Below the pieces are notes generated by a model. The model saw nothing but the letters and a program-made list of their open reading frames with translations, was not told where the DNA came from and did not search any database. A program made the position numbers and the translations under genes. A DNA stretch of 64,000 nucleotides from Mantamonas sphyraenae STR306 (Eukaryota > Protista > CRuMs). This document shows, piece by piece, positions 13,103-25,900 of this stretch. The stretch spans positions 186,001-250,000 of the forward strand of contig JAPMXV010000053.1 of the NCBI GenBank assembly GCA_026936335.1. Direction: 5' to 3'. Position 1 is the stretch's first letter; every line of letters starts with the position of its first letter.

Positions 13103-14730
13103 TTATGCCGAAAGAGTAAAGGCTCGTGTAGCAAGGTGAGAGTTGAGCAGATCGAGCGTCTGTTCCAGCACCAGTCGTCGCTTGGCAGTGTTGAGCCAGT
13201 CCTCGGTGACATCTGCATACATGTCTGGCAGAGTATCCATCTCCTGCACAGCCTTTTTCAGGTTGCCGTGTTTCTGTGCATTGCGGGAAAGGAAGGGTGA
13301 GTGTGTGCCGGGAGAAAAGGATGAGGGAAAGTGGGGGGGGGCAAGAAGGTGACAGTGACACAGAGGACACAGAGCCAACAAGCAGCAGCCAATCAGGACG
13401 CAGGATATCGTCAGAACGCAAGTACCACCAATGTGGCCCCACGTTTAGCCCATGTTATGATCACAGAATGTGTTTGTGAGACACTGTCATACGGCACTTC
13501 CTGAAATAGGAACTTTTCATCACTCTTATCCTGTTGCTGATTGTGTGGTGCTGCTGCTGTTGCTGCTGCTGCCTCTGCTGTGTATGTGAGGTGGGAAACG
13601 GGGGGGGGGGGGGGGTGGGTGCCACCACTTACAAGATGAAACTCTGCGCGTGCAAGGATGGCCTCTGGATGGTTGCCCGGAACGAGACCGGTTTCGTGGT
13701 AGGTGATGTTCTCCATGGCGATGGAGTAGGAGCGCCAGAGGAAGCCCTTTGCTCGCTTGGGTAGATACATGGCACGGCGCACCTCCTGGCTGACGGTGGA
13801 GTAACGCTCGGTGAGGTCGCGGAGGGTGGAGACGCCCGTGGAAGCCATGAGGGAGCCAATGGAGTCAAGGCAGGCCTCGATGACTTCGTCGCCCTTGCCC
13901 AGGGTGACCAGGTTGTTGAGGGGTTCCATAAACGGTTGGTCGCTCTCGATGGAACGTGCCAGCTGGTAGGTGGCAAACCAGAGACGGTGCACCTGTTGGC
14001 TCTGCTCCTCGTACACCAGCTGATTGTCCATGATCTTGTTGATGGCCGCCACGCGCAGACGCAGGTTGTTGATGGCCTGCACACGTTCCTCGCGCTCCGT
14101 GTGCAGCTGTGTGTCATACCTGCGCTTGAGTTCTGCCTTGGTCACTTCGTACTCCTTGGCCAGCTTCTGCTTGCCTGCCTCCAACTTGTCCTCCATGGCC
14201 TTGAGTTGCTCCTGCTTCTCCTGTTCGTTGGCGGCAATGGTCTGCTGCTGCTCCTTGAGCACCTGTTCCTCAAACTGCTTCATGCGAGCCTGCATCTCTG
14301 CCTCCTTCTCTGCGTACTCCTTCTGCATCTGCTCCACACGTGCGTTGTACTGCGCCTGGTAATACTCCGAGTTGCGTTCCAGTTCCGTCTCGTACTCCTT
14401 CTTCAGGATCTGCGACTGTGCAATCAACTGCTCACGCATCTCCGGGTCATCACTCTTGTGGGCCATTGTCAATGCTCCCCGGTTCTGCAGCTCAACCTCC
14501 TTTGTCTGCACCACAGACGGCTTCTCCGGCGACGCATCCTTCTTGCTGCCCAGGTCCAATGCCAAGGGTGCAGACGTGGCTGCTGCTGTTGTTGATGATG
14601 ATGATGATGAGGATGAGGATGAGGGTGTCGTCGTGCTGTTGCTGTTGCTGTTGCTTTCGCTTTGTGCCTTGTCCCCTGCGTCGTCATCATCCGTCTTCTC
14701 CGAGGCCTCTTCCAGCTCAGCTTTGCTGCC

Positions 14731-14765
<35 letters not shown>

Positions 14766-15625
14766 CCGTGTCCTCGCCATCCTCCTTCTTGTCCCCAAGG
14801 GCGGGCAGTTGCACACTCGTGACAATGTTCCACAGGTCCGGCTGTGCGTTGAGGAAGCAAAGGGGGCAAAGTTTGAAGGGTGTGTGGAAGGGTCGGGGCC
14901 CCGGAAAAATCGGAAAACATCGGAGGGCCGGCGTCGGATGTCACACAGACGCACAAAGACGCACACACAAGCGTTGGGACGAGGTGGTGTTGCAAACACA
15001 GCGTAAGAGTGTGAGTGTTTGGGAGACGGAGGTGGAAGAGTGGAGGCGCAGGGAGGCCGAGGAAGAAGTGTGAAATGCAAACCGACCTGCTTGAGGGCAT
15101 CGGCGACTCCCGGGGCGTATTCGGCGACGGTGTTGTATGCAGAGTCGTCTGTGGTGATGAGATAAGAGGGGATGCCCACAGCACCACCCACAAGGATGAT
15201 GGCGGGCAACAGTCCTCCGCCTCCTCCTCCACCGCCGCTGTTTGCTTGGGCGGCGGCTTCTTTCGGAGCACTTCCCTCTGCTGCCTGCTTGAGCAGCCGA
15301 GAGTGGCGGCTGAATGTGCGGCTCTGCGATGCAGATTGACGCACCACAGCGCCGGTGCTGCTACGTGTGGCCCTAACCAACGGTTGTTTCTGTGTGTCCA
15401 TGTCTGGGTGTCAGTGGTGCCGCCTGTGTACCCCCACTGACAAGAGGGTAAAAAACGCCGACACAACACACACACGGCCCACACACGGCCCACACACACA
15501 CACACACACACATAACCCGAGTTCAGGCTGCGTGTAGTGTGTGTGGCTGTGTGCACATCCACACATCAGGTGTGTGCATGCACATGTGGAAGGGTGTGTG
15601 CTCAACGTACGACTCGCGCAAACAT
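13103..15625 (-). CDS. MIC60: Mitofilin / MICOS subunit MIC60 (~565 aa)
   Basis: Exons 15625-15611, 15389-15087, 14841-13633, 13273-13103. Arg/Ser-rich acid-free presequence (MFARVKQPLVRATRSS...), one TM helix, long coiled coil, then a mitofilin domain (ILARAEFHL-KHGNLKKAVQEM..L......DWL..AKRRLVLEQ). Confidence 0.9.
13401..13533 (-). ncRNA. Candidate intronic box C/D snoRNA in the last MIC60 intron
   Basis: On the minus (host sense) strand: 7-bp terminal stem CAGGATA/TATCCTG, box C GTGATGA (13523-13517), box D CTGA (13414-13411), internal D'-like ATGA and C'-like GTGATCA. It is a high-complexity island in the longest intron found (359 nt). Confidence 0.7.
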
Positions 15626-15789
15626 GTTGCCTGATGGGATGGATGCGCAGGCGCAGGACACACACATCCCATGAGCCAGGTGGATGCCATGGAACACATC
15701 CACTCGTTGGAACGAGGTGCATGGTTGCGCATGGGCGCAAGACACACAAGTGCAAAAACGGGGCGGGGGGTTGGATCTGTACATTCGAT

Positions 15790-16318
15790 TCAGGCTTCGG
15801 AGCCTCCCTCTTGTCCGCCACCCTTGTTGGGGTTGTTCTTGAGCAGAAAGGCAGCCAGATACTCAACGGGGTCCTCTGGTCGTTCGCGGCTGACTGCATG
15901 CATGCCCTGGATGAGCAGAGGCACCAAACTCTGCTCCAGGTACGCTCGGGTTGGCACACTCTGCAGATGAACTTTGGCGTTGGTCATCTGTGCTGCCTGG
16001 TTGGCCAACTGGGCCTGTGTGGAAAAGAGGGGAAGGGATAGGGGAGGAAGGGGTAGAGGAGGAGGGGGGGGTGTTGGGTTGGTGCTGGCGTGTTAGCGGT
16101 TTGGCCCGCGCGACGACCGTTGCGATGGAGTGCCACTTTCTTCTCCCCCGTCTTGCTACCACTCCACACACTCATGCCCCTCCTTTCTTCTTGTGTGATT
16201 CCCCCGCATGCCCATCCCTCCTCTTGGCTGTGTCTGCATGCAAACCCACCTCGACTGTGTCATCAAACTCGGCCCCGGGCACGGGCATGGGCAGGTCTTC
16301 GTCGCCGTTGTCGCTCAT
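15790..16318 (-). CDS. DPY30: Dpy-30 family protein (~97 aa)
   Basis: Exons 16318-16250 and 16014-15790. [43 protein letters not shown] is the Dpy-30 motif. Confidence 0.9.
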
Positions 16319-16408
16319 CGTTTCCTTTGGCCATCCTGGGGCATCCACAGTGCACACGAATGGCAAAAGTCGGCACGGAGGATGGTGTCATGTGTTGGAG
16401 TATCATGA

Positions 16409-16436
16409 GGTGTGTGTGTGTGTGTGTGTGTGTGTG
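16409..16436. repeat. (TG)n microsatellite, representative of similar (CA/TG)n tracts near 13085, 15495, 17525, 31070, 51220, 52095 and 63225
   Basis: Directly visible dinucleotide runs, all in introns or intergenic gaps. Confidence 0.9.
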
Positions 16437-16486
16437 CATGTGATGCGCTTGGCCATGCAACCCGACCACCCCCCCCCCTCCTGCCA

Positions 16487-16753
16487 ATGCCGGCCAAGTC
16501 GAAAGGCAAGTCCAGCAAACCCAGCAGCAAAAGCAAAAAGGGCGGCGGCAGCAGCTCGTCATCGTCTGTGTCCAGCAAGAAGAAGAGCAGCAGTAGCAGC
16601 AGCAGTGGCACCAGTGGCACCAGTGGCACCAGTGGCAAGAAGCTCAAGTCATCGCGATCGGCGAGCTCCAGCAAGTCGCGACCCAGCAGTCGCTTGTCCA
16701 AGAAGCACAGCAACAGCACCGGAAGTGTGGCCGCCAAGAAAGGCAATAGCAAT

Positions 16754-16791
<38 letters not shown>

Positions 16792-17519
16792 TGGAAAGGC
16801 AGTCAAGAGCATCAGCAAGAGTAGCAGCGATGGGGGAAGCACACGCACGGGGGGTGTCCATGGACCCGAGAGCAGCACCAGCAAGTATCTCAACGGCCCA
16901 CGCACAGGACAGGAGAGCCTTGCCCAACTGTGCCTGGAGAGTGTGGTGCACCATTCATCACGATTGGAGGTGCCTTCTCAACTCCAGGAGCCTGTGCTGA
17001 CCATGGTCCTCGATGCCCTGCGCAACAGCAACAAGATGACCAGTTCCTTCCTGGCCAAGCTCGCCAGCAGCCCCGTGCACGCCCTCAACCTCAGCGGCTG
17101 CAATCTACTCTTCAAGAAGAACAGCCCTGCCGTCGACCTCTCCGAATTCAGCAGTCTCGTGGCCCTCGACGTCTCCAACATCTCCAAGAGCGAGCTCCAG
17201 GCCCTTGTCAGCTCCTTGCCCAAGGCCGCCCCACAGCTCGAACTTCTCAACGTCTCCAACACCCCCGTCATTGCCCCGTGCTTCGTCCAATTCTCCTCCA
17301 TGCGTTCCCTCCACACTATCAACATGTCCCACTGTCCTCAGCTGGCCGATGACGCCATCAAGAACCTCTGCGGTAGGTTTTGTCGCCCCCGGCGGTGTCC
17401 CGTTTCCCGTTTCGCCCGTTTTCCCCTTCTGGCTTCCGTTTCCAATCGACGCTTTCGCCTTCCCCCTCCTGTGTGCCCACATGGGGCCACTCACACAACC
17501 CGAAACATACCACCGCCGA

Positions 17520-17551
<32 letters not shown>

Positions 17552-19964
17552 TGCACACATACGCACACACACACCCCACAGCCAACGGAGCGTTGACGGA
17601 CATTGACTTGTCGTGGTGCCAGAACATCACCAACGACGGTCTGTTGTATCTAAACACCCTTCGCAACCTGCAACGATTGGACATCTCCTTCACTGGGGTC
17701 ACCACCAAGGGCATCCGTGCTCTGTCGAAACAGACGTCGCTTGCCGATCTACGCCTGCGCTACATTGTCAACTCCACAGACATCCAGGCATTGTCCTCGT
17801 TGAGCAACCACCTGAACATTACCACATTGGACCTGAGCAACTCCCGGGGCACAGATAAGGGCATTGATTACCTGCAGACGCTACGGTCGCTCAACACAAT
17901 CATGCTGGCAGACAGTGCCGTCACCGACGACGGCCTGGAGATCCTCAGTGCATTCCCACAGCTTCACACGGTCACATTGAACCGTACACGCATCACAGAC
18001 ACCGGTGTGGGACATCTCACACACATGTTGACCCTGAGCAATCTGGAGTTGATCAAAACGCGGATCACCATCGAATCTCTGCAACTGCTGACCCAGCTGC
18101 CACAGCTCCAGTCCCTGGACGTGTCCCAATGTGAATTGAATGACAGTGCAGTGGAGTACATGACACAGATGCCCTCTCTGGCCAAGGTCGTTGTGCGTGG
18201 CACCCACATCACAGACGCAGCCTTTGCCCACTTTGCTGGCATCCTGGGCCTGCGTGACCTCCATGTGGAAGCAGGCTTTGGCATCCACTTTACAGACATG
18301 GCCTGTTGCCACCTGCGTGGCATGTCCAACCTCCACTCGCTGGTCATTGGCGACGTACACCTGTCTGAAATGGGTGCCACCTGCCTCATGACCCTTCCTG
18401 CCCTGCAACGCCTGCAACTGCGCAGGTCCCACATCGACACCAAAGCCATGCCCGTGCTCCGTGCCATCTCTGTCCTCGATCCCGTTCTGGATGAGGCCTA
18501 CGAGAATGTGGTCAAGGAGAGCAGCAGCAGCAGCAGCGGAAGCAGTGGCGGAGGCTCAGGCAAGGCCGCATTGAAAAAGGTGAAAGCAGTGAGCAAACTG
18601 AAAGGAGGAAAGGGAGGAAAGGGAGGCAAGAGCAGTGGGAAGGATGGGAAGAAGAAGGGGGGAAAGATCATCAAGTCATCCAAGGCAGTGCGCAAACAGC
18701 GACGGCTGAGTGGGGAGGTGGTGACCGCAAAGGACCTGCCAGCACTGCGCAAGGTGCGCAAGAGCGACGATTTGACATCCACGAGTGGCAGTGTGGACAG
18801 TGCCGATTCGTTGGACAGCGAATACTTTAGCGAAGACAACAGCAGCAGCAGCAGCAGCAGCACCACACTGCCCTCCGCCAGTGTACAGGGAGACAGTAAC
18901 ACCAACGCCATGCGCAACCCAAGGGACGTGGTGGCGCAGGCGTGCCCAGTGTGGTGACCACGCGTCCGTCCGGCATCAACATCAGCCCCGCCAGCAGCCC
19001 GTCGCAATCGCCACGCGAACGTGTGGGCAACTTTACACGCAACCAACGCACGGGTAGCATCCATCGTGACGCCATGGAATCCCCCATGCGCACGCTGGTG
19101 CAACAACTGGCAGCCAAGAACATGGCCGTGGCTGCGTTTGGTGGTGGCGGCAACGGGACAGCTGGGGTGGTCAGTCCACAGGGCAGCGGCAACGACAGCA
19201 CCAGTGGAAACACCACAGCCTCCTCACCGTCGGCCAGTGTCAGTCAGGATGGCCATTTGAGGGTGACACCGCCTTCGCATCCACGTGTGGACATGGTGGG
19301 CAACTACACACGCAACCAACGCACAGGAAGCATCCACAGGGCAAACATCAACGATTCGGACAGTCCCACCAGCTCCTTGATCCGCAAACTGGCTGCACAG
19401 CAGGCTCAGAAGGAGCAGGGAGTGGCGCCCACAATTGGTAGCAACGACAGCCCGGGCAGCAACTCCCCGGCATCCTCCTTTATCAACGGTGCAGGTCTCA
19501 ATGCTCTGGCAGCCATGCAGTCGAGTGGTGTGGGCGCCACCAACGGAGGCATCAGCTTTGTGGGCAACTCGGGCGGCGTCACTCAGTCCGGCGTGGTCAC
19601 GGGCAATGTCTATGCTGCCAACAGTCCCGTCCACAAGACGCCGTTGACACCCACTGTCAGTGAGATGGAACGTGCACAGAAGCAGGTGGACAGTCAGTCG
19701 ACCACATCGTCGACCACCACCACCACCACCACCACCACCAGCACGTCAACGAGCAGCAGTACCGGCAGCTCTGGCTTCATCAGCACACGCAAGAGCAATG
19801 ATGCACCCAAGCCACGCATCAAACGAGGAGGATCCATTGTTTCTGCGCAGCAGGTGAATGTAAGTGACATCAAGCCGTCGTCGGACGACGGAGGCGACAC
19901 CGGAGCTGGTGCCTCGTCCTCGACGCGCAAGAGCGGTGGCTGGCGAGGAAAGATCAAGCGGTGA
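16487..19964 (+). CDS. Leucine-rich-repeat protein (AMN1/RNI-like LRRs) with a BC-box-like motif and Ser/Lys-rich disordered termini; apparent frameshift near 18920
   Basis: Exon 16487-17372, intron, exon from 17582. Repeated LxxLxLS...ITD.G motifs. The frame stops at 18957, but coding-like sequence continues in another frame to 19964. Confidence 0.8.
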
Positions 19965-19995
19965 ACGAATGACCACAAATGTATTCAAAAGAGGA

Positions 19996-22900
19996 TCACT
20001 CAATGGCACGGAAGCGAGCCTCCTCGAGCTTCGTTTTGGCATCGACCACACGCAGGTCGACTTCGGACAAAACTTCTCGCAGGATCGCCACGGCATGTGT
20101 GTATGCATCTGCTGCATCGGACCAGAGAAGATGGCGTGCCAACACATCGCCACAGGCCAACCACAACTGACCCGACGCATGACTCAAGCCACCGCCGTGA
20201 ACCACCTCTCCCAATCGTCGCACACGGCCCAACACCTGCTTGCCTTGCTCCACCTCTGCCAACTGGAAGTGCAGCCCTGCCAAATGGAGCAGGTGTTGGC
20301 AGCGTCTCAGCTGCAGGGCGTGCATGCGTGCGTGCAACACACCCTCCTCCGAAGGAACAGACGTGGGCGCACTCTCCTCCTCGCCAGCATGCACTCTTGC
20401 CTCTGCATCCTCAACGTCTGCATCGTCCTGCAGGCTCTCAAGCAACTCATCTTGCAACTGCAAAGCTTGTGAGGCTGTGGCGCGTGCGGTATGTGTGTCT
20501 CCGCGCGACTGCTCAATGTCACTCATCAACATCATTGCCTCCACGTAATCCTCGCTCAGCTGGCCTTGCATGCGCTCTTGCATGCCCAGCACGTCCTTTG
20601 TGTGTTTGCTGGCCACCTGGATGTTGCCCAAGGCCAGTTCGATCTCCGCGAGCGTGTGCACCAGCTGTGCCATCAGACGACTGTCCTGTGCACTGCGTGC
20701 TGCCAGTGTGTCCACGGCAGCCTTCAACAACACAGACGCTTCAATGGACTTGCCAGCCTCATGCAGGGTCTGCGACAGCCGGAACTTGGCCAGAGTGACC
20801 CAGTACAGCAGGGCCACCTCCCCAATGGCACTCGACGCAGGGATCTGCTGCCACGGCACCAGGATCCGTTGCTCCGTACCCATCGACATGGTCGATGGCA
20901 TGTCTTCTCCATTGTCCTCTGCCTCCAGAAGGTCCTGGAATGTGTCTGCAGCCGAGCGGAACAGCTGCTCCGCCTCAAACAAATCGCCCTGATCACGTCG
21001 GATCATACCCAGATCCAACCAGGAGCGAGCCACGTCTTCTGTGTCCTCATCGATGTCCTCTCCAGACAGCAATGCATCCTTTTTCAGTTGCAGTGCCTGC
21101 CGTGCCAGCGTCTCGGCCTCTTCATGCTCACGCTTTGCATGCAAACAACCCGACAGCCTGTCCAGCACCATAATGCGCAACTCTTGTCTCTCCTCCCGCT
21201 CGTCATCACTCTCCTCCTCTGCCTCTGCCTCGTCGCCACCAGCAGCCGCGTCATCATTGCTGCTGCTGGTGCTGCCCAACGTCGTCGGGGTGAGCTCGGC
21301 CAACACCTGACGCAGGGACAATTCGGCTGCGTACAAATGGCCCTGAAGCTGAAGGGTGGATGCCAATTGGGCCATGGAGTGCAACGTGCGCACGTCTGTG
21401 CTTCCGTAGGTCTCTGTGCTAAGAGTGACAAGACGCCGGTACACCCGCTCTGCTTCTGCATACCTCCCCTGCTGGCTGGTCATTTTGCCCAACACCTGCA
21501 GGGTGTACACCAGCCGTTCGTTCTCTTGACCCTGTGTGGCGGTGTAGATGCTGTTTGCCTTGCGGAAGAGCATCTCTGCATACGAGGCCCCCTGGTGGCT
21601 CTTGCCAAAGCGCACCTGACCACGGTGCCGCTCGTACACCCTGTCTGTGTCCAGACTGCTCTTGCGCAACAAGTCACCCAGGTGACACAGGCGATCGGCG
21701 ACAATGGCACTCTCGGGGCCGTACACGTGTTGAAGGATGGCCAATGCCTCGTGGTAGGTGTTCACGGCCTCATCCACCAACCCATGTGTGCTCTGCGCAT
21801 CCGACAACAGTTCCAGTGTCGTACTCAACTCCACGTCCGTCTCGGTGGCATACCGTCGCCGGAGACTCACCGCATGTGTGAAGCTGGCCATGGCATCGGG
21901 CACCTCACCCTGTTCCAACTGCACACTCGCCAGTTCACACCACAGGTTGGCCAGCATGCGTTGTTGTTCCACCACATGCTCCTTGCGACGCATGCTCTCC
22001 TGCTGCTGTTGTGACGAAGCGTGCGAGGCGGGCGACGACGCACGCATCAATTCCTCCTGCGGCGACACCGTCAACGACAGTGACGACGAGGATGAGGATG
22101 AGGATGAGGATGAGGATGAGGATGAGGAAGCACCGGGTGTGCTGGGCATGGTCAACGAAGAGGTGCTGCGCGAGGACGGCGAAGGATGCACAGAGGCAAA
22201 CTTGCCTGTGGTGCCAGCCGATTCTGTGCCGACCATCACCTGCAACCCTTTGCCTCGATCCTGTGCCGATGCACCCACCTGTCGCTTGCGCAATCCCAGT
22301 TTCTCTTCGCGTGCGCGAATGATGCGTCGGTACAGGCGCACAGCGTCCTGCAGATGGCCCAGCTGCTTCAACAGAGCGACCATTTCCAAAAGGGATTCTT
22401 CCACACGTGTTTCGCCTGCATGCGCTTGCATGGCTTCCACGTGTTGCTCAAACACACGGAATGCCTGCGACAGTTCGCCACGACGCACCAGTGCAAACGC
22501 CAGCTGCTTCATGGTGTCCATCATCAGCCAACGATCGCCACTGGACAGCGGCCGAGGCAGCGCTTGCAGCAAAGCCAATGCCCGCCTGCAACACGCCTCC
22601 CCTCGCTCCACGTGGCCCACCTGCGCATGAAACTGTGCCATTTCCACCATGGTACTTGCCAGTTGTACACGTCTACCGTTGTCCTGTCCTGCCGACCGTG
22701 CCATCTGTGTCTTCTGTGCCTTCTGTGCCTCCTCCTCGTCCTCGTCGTCCTCTTGCTCTCCTCGCAACACGGCCACGGCTCTGTCGAAACAAGCCTCTGC
22801 CTCATCAACCTGCCCCAACTCGCAATGGATCCACGCCAGACTCTTGTGTGCCTTTGCAAGTTCCTCCACCACCGCATGTGCACGCTGAGCACGCAGGATG

Positions 22901-25900
22901 GCCACCGCCGTCTCCAAATGGCGCCTGCCTTCTGTGCGCCTCGAGTGGTGCACTGCACACAGACCCAACCCTTCCAGCGCCATGGCCAGATCCACTGCGT
23001 GGGGCGATGTCTCCAACCCAGGCAGTTGCGACGGATCCCATTGCAGCCAGTCTGGAGGGCCATCATCGTTGTCGTTCTTCGAATTGTCTTGCTGTTGCTC
23101 CTGCACCACCAAACTATGGTAGCCATTGGCCACCTTTAGATAAAACGCCAACGCCTCCACGTACTTGTGACGCTGCAGGAGCACACCGGCGAGACGGGAC
23201 TTGATCAGCAGGGCACGTGCATCCACACGACCCGGATGCAACTGCAAGTCGAGCATGGCAAGCGCACGGCGCAGCTCAAACTCGGCTTGCATCAGCTCCC
23301 CATGGGCACCCATCAGTTCGCCAATCTTGGCAATGGCAGTGGCTGCCAACAGACTCTCCTGGCCCAGCAGTGATTGGAACAGGCCCACACAGCGTTGGTA
23401 CGTGTTCACTGCGAGCTCGTGCTTGCCTTGCATCTGATACAGGTCACCCAGCACCATCAGCATCTGCGTGGACTCGACGGACGGCTCCTGATGTTGCAGG
23501 GTCAGCACCGCTGCAAGGGCATCGTGCATACGCTTCTCTGCAGACGCATACTCCCTGTTTTCAATTTTGATGGCCACCAAACGTTGCAGACACTGCACCA
23601 CCAGTGCGTGGCCCTCGCCCAAATTGGCCTTTAGACGAATCAGCGCCTCCTCCTGCCATTCCTCGGCAAGCTCGCTTTGGCCAAGTCCCATCAGCATGTC
23701 AGCCAGCTCTGAACACATCTCTGCCACTGCCACGCCGTCCATGGCACTCGATCCTCCATGGGGAGACTCGGATGAGGACGAGGATGAGGATGAGGATGAG
23801 GATGATTCTGATGTCTCGTCTGCGTTGTCTTCCGTCGCCTGTGTGGATGTGCCGCTCTGGTTGTGACTGGCTGCTGCATCGTCGCCCCCGCCACCCATGT
23901 TGGAGTACAACACAATTCCTTGCTGCAGGAGATCGCACGCCTCCTGTGAAGGCCCAGAGGAGATGTGCAGCACGCGGGCCAGACCCACAGTGGCATTGGC
24001 CTGGTCCCACGGGTCGAGGTGAACACTGCCAGCGGCGTCGTGCAGCTGCAAACTGCGTCGGTACAACTGCTCGGCCGTGTCGAGGTCGTGTTGGAACACA
24101 CGCAGGCCTGCCAGCACCTGCAGGGCAACCGCCAGATTTCGACTGTCGTCGTTGCCTCCATCACGGCCATTCAGGGAGTCCATGAGGTCGACAGCACGTG
24201 CACACACGTCTGCTGCCAGCTCCAGGTGACCGTCCTCCTGGAGCAGAGTGGCGCGTTGGAAGAGGAGGGAGGCCAAATCGGGCAGGTCGTTGGCTCGTTC
24301 GCAGGTGGCAATGGCCCAGCGGTAGGTGGCGTCTGCCTGCACACGGTTGCCCACCATGCGCATGCAATCACACAGTTGCAAGCTGATGTCAGCCAGCATG
24401 GGTGCGCGGTGTCCGTTTTCTCGTTCCAATTCCAACGCCTGCTGCAGTGCCAATTGGGCCTGTTCCACACGTCCCGTCACAGCCAGAATGCCTCCCAACT
24501 GGGTGTGCAGTTCCACCAATTGGCTGTGGTGTTCTCCAAACAGTCGCACCGTCATCTCAATGGCCAACCGTGTGAGCCGTTCCGCCTCTTTCATCTGGCC
24601 CTGGTGGATGCGCACCTGTCCCAATCGTCCCACACACTGAACGTGTGCACTCCCACCACTGAATGCAGGCACCACAAGCGCACCTCCAGAGCCACCGTCT
24701 CGCGTCACATCACTGTCCGATGCACCCTCAAACACACGCAAGGCCTCGCTCAGCAGCTGTTCCGCCTCTTTCAACGGTGCCACCAACCTTCCACGCGCAT
24801 CGTGCCCCACTTCCACCACTGCCGCCACCTCCTGATCCGCAGCAGTCTCATCGTGCACCTGCGAGGCCGCCTCGTCAAACACAAAGTAGCGATCGTGGAC
24901 CTCGTCGTCGTCCGCATCCTTGTTGTGCTCAGAAGAAGACGTGCTTGTGGCATCCTCTGCAACTGCTGCCCTGCTGGTCACCAGAGCACTTTCGTGTGCA
25001 TGGCGTTCAGCCTCGAGCGCTGCAAGCTGCTCCTGGCGTGCATGCAGTGCCTCTTCGTAGGCGTGCTGATGGTGATCCAAGTCGTGGAGGATGGTTGTGG
25101 CCAACCGTTGCTTGGTGGTGGCCACATGTTCCCCGTCTTCTCCCTGGTGTCGAATGTACAGCTGAAGGAGCCGCCTCTCCACCTGCTCCGCCTGCTTCTG
25201 CCGTCCGGCCAGCCACAGTGTGCTGTCCAACCCCTCCAGTGCATCCACGAGGGTGACATCATCCTCGCCATGAAGGTTGCCCAGAATACGCACAGCCTTT
25301 CGGTAGTATCGCTCGGCGTCGTCCATGCGGCCCAGCTGACCGGAAATCAGACCCAATTGCTGCTGACACAACGCCACCTCGTCGTGCTCCTCACCCAATG
25401 CGCTTTCAAACAACGACAAAGCCTTGCGAGCCAACGGTTCGGCCTCTGTGGTGCGTCCATACTCCACCATGAGTCCTGCCTGGGTGCTGTAGATCTTGGC
25501 CACGTCGCTCTGGTGTTTGTCACCGGGCAATGCCGCGTACCGATGCGACGCCTCGTCAAACATGTGTTCGGCCTTGACAAAGCTGCCTGCACGCCACAGC
25601 ACAATGGCCAATTCGTACTGCAGGCGAGCAAGCAGAGGGTCGTCTTGGCTCACACGTGTGCGAATGTCGATGGCTCGTCGAAACATGCCCTCTGCATCCG
25701 TGAGCCGACCCGTCTTGGCCAGCACTCGTGCCAGGTCTTCCACGCCGGTGACCGAGTCCGGATGGTTGGGTCCCATCACCTGCTCGCACAAGGCCAGTGA
25801 CTTGCGATACATGGCCAGCGCCTCGTCAAGACGCCCCTGCTTCTCCAGGACATCGGCCAAACAGCGTTCCACAATGCTCATTGCGAAAAGGGTGTCTTCG

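Noticed and set aside
13401-13533. U6 snRNA or 5.8S rRNA as target of the snoRNA candidate
   Set aside because: Only 6-8-nt complementarities (GGGGCCA, TTGCGT), too short or wrongly placed to support an assignment.
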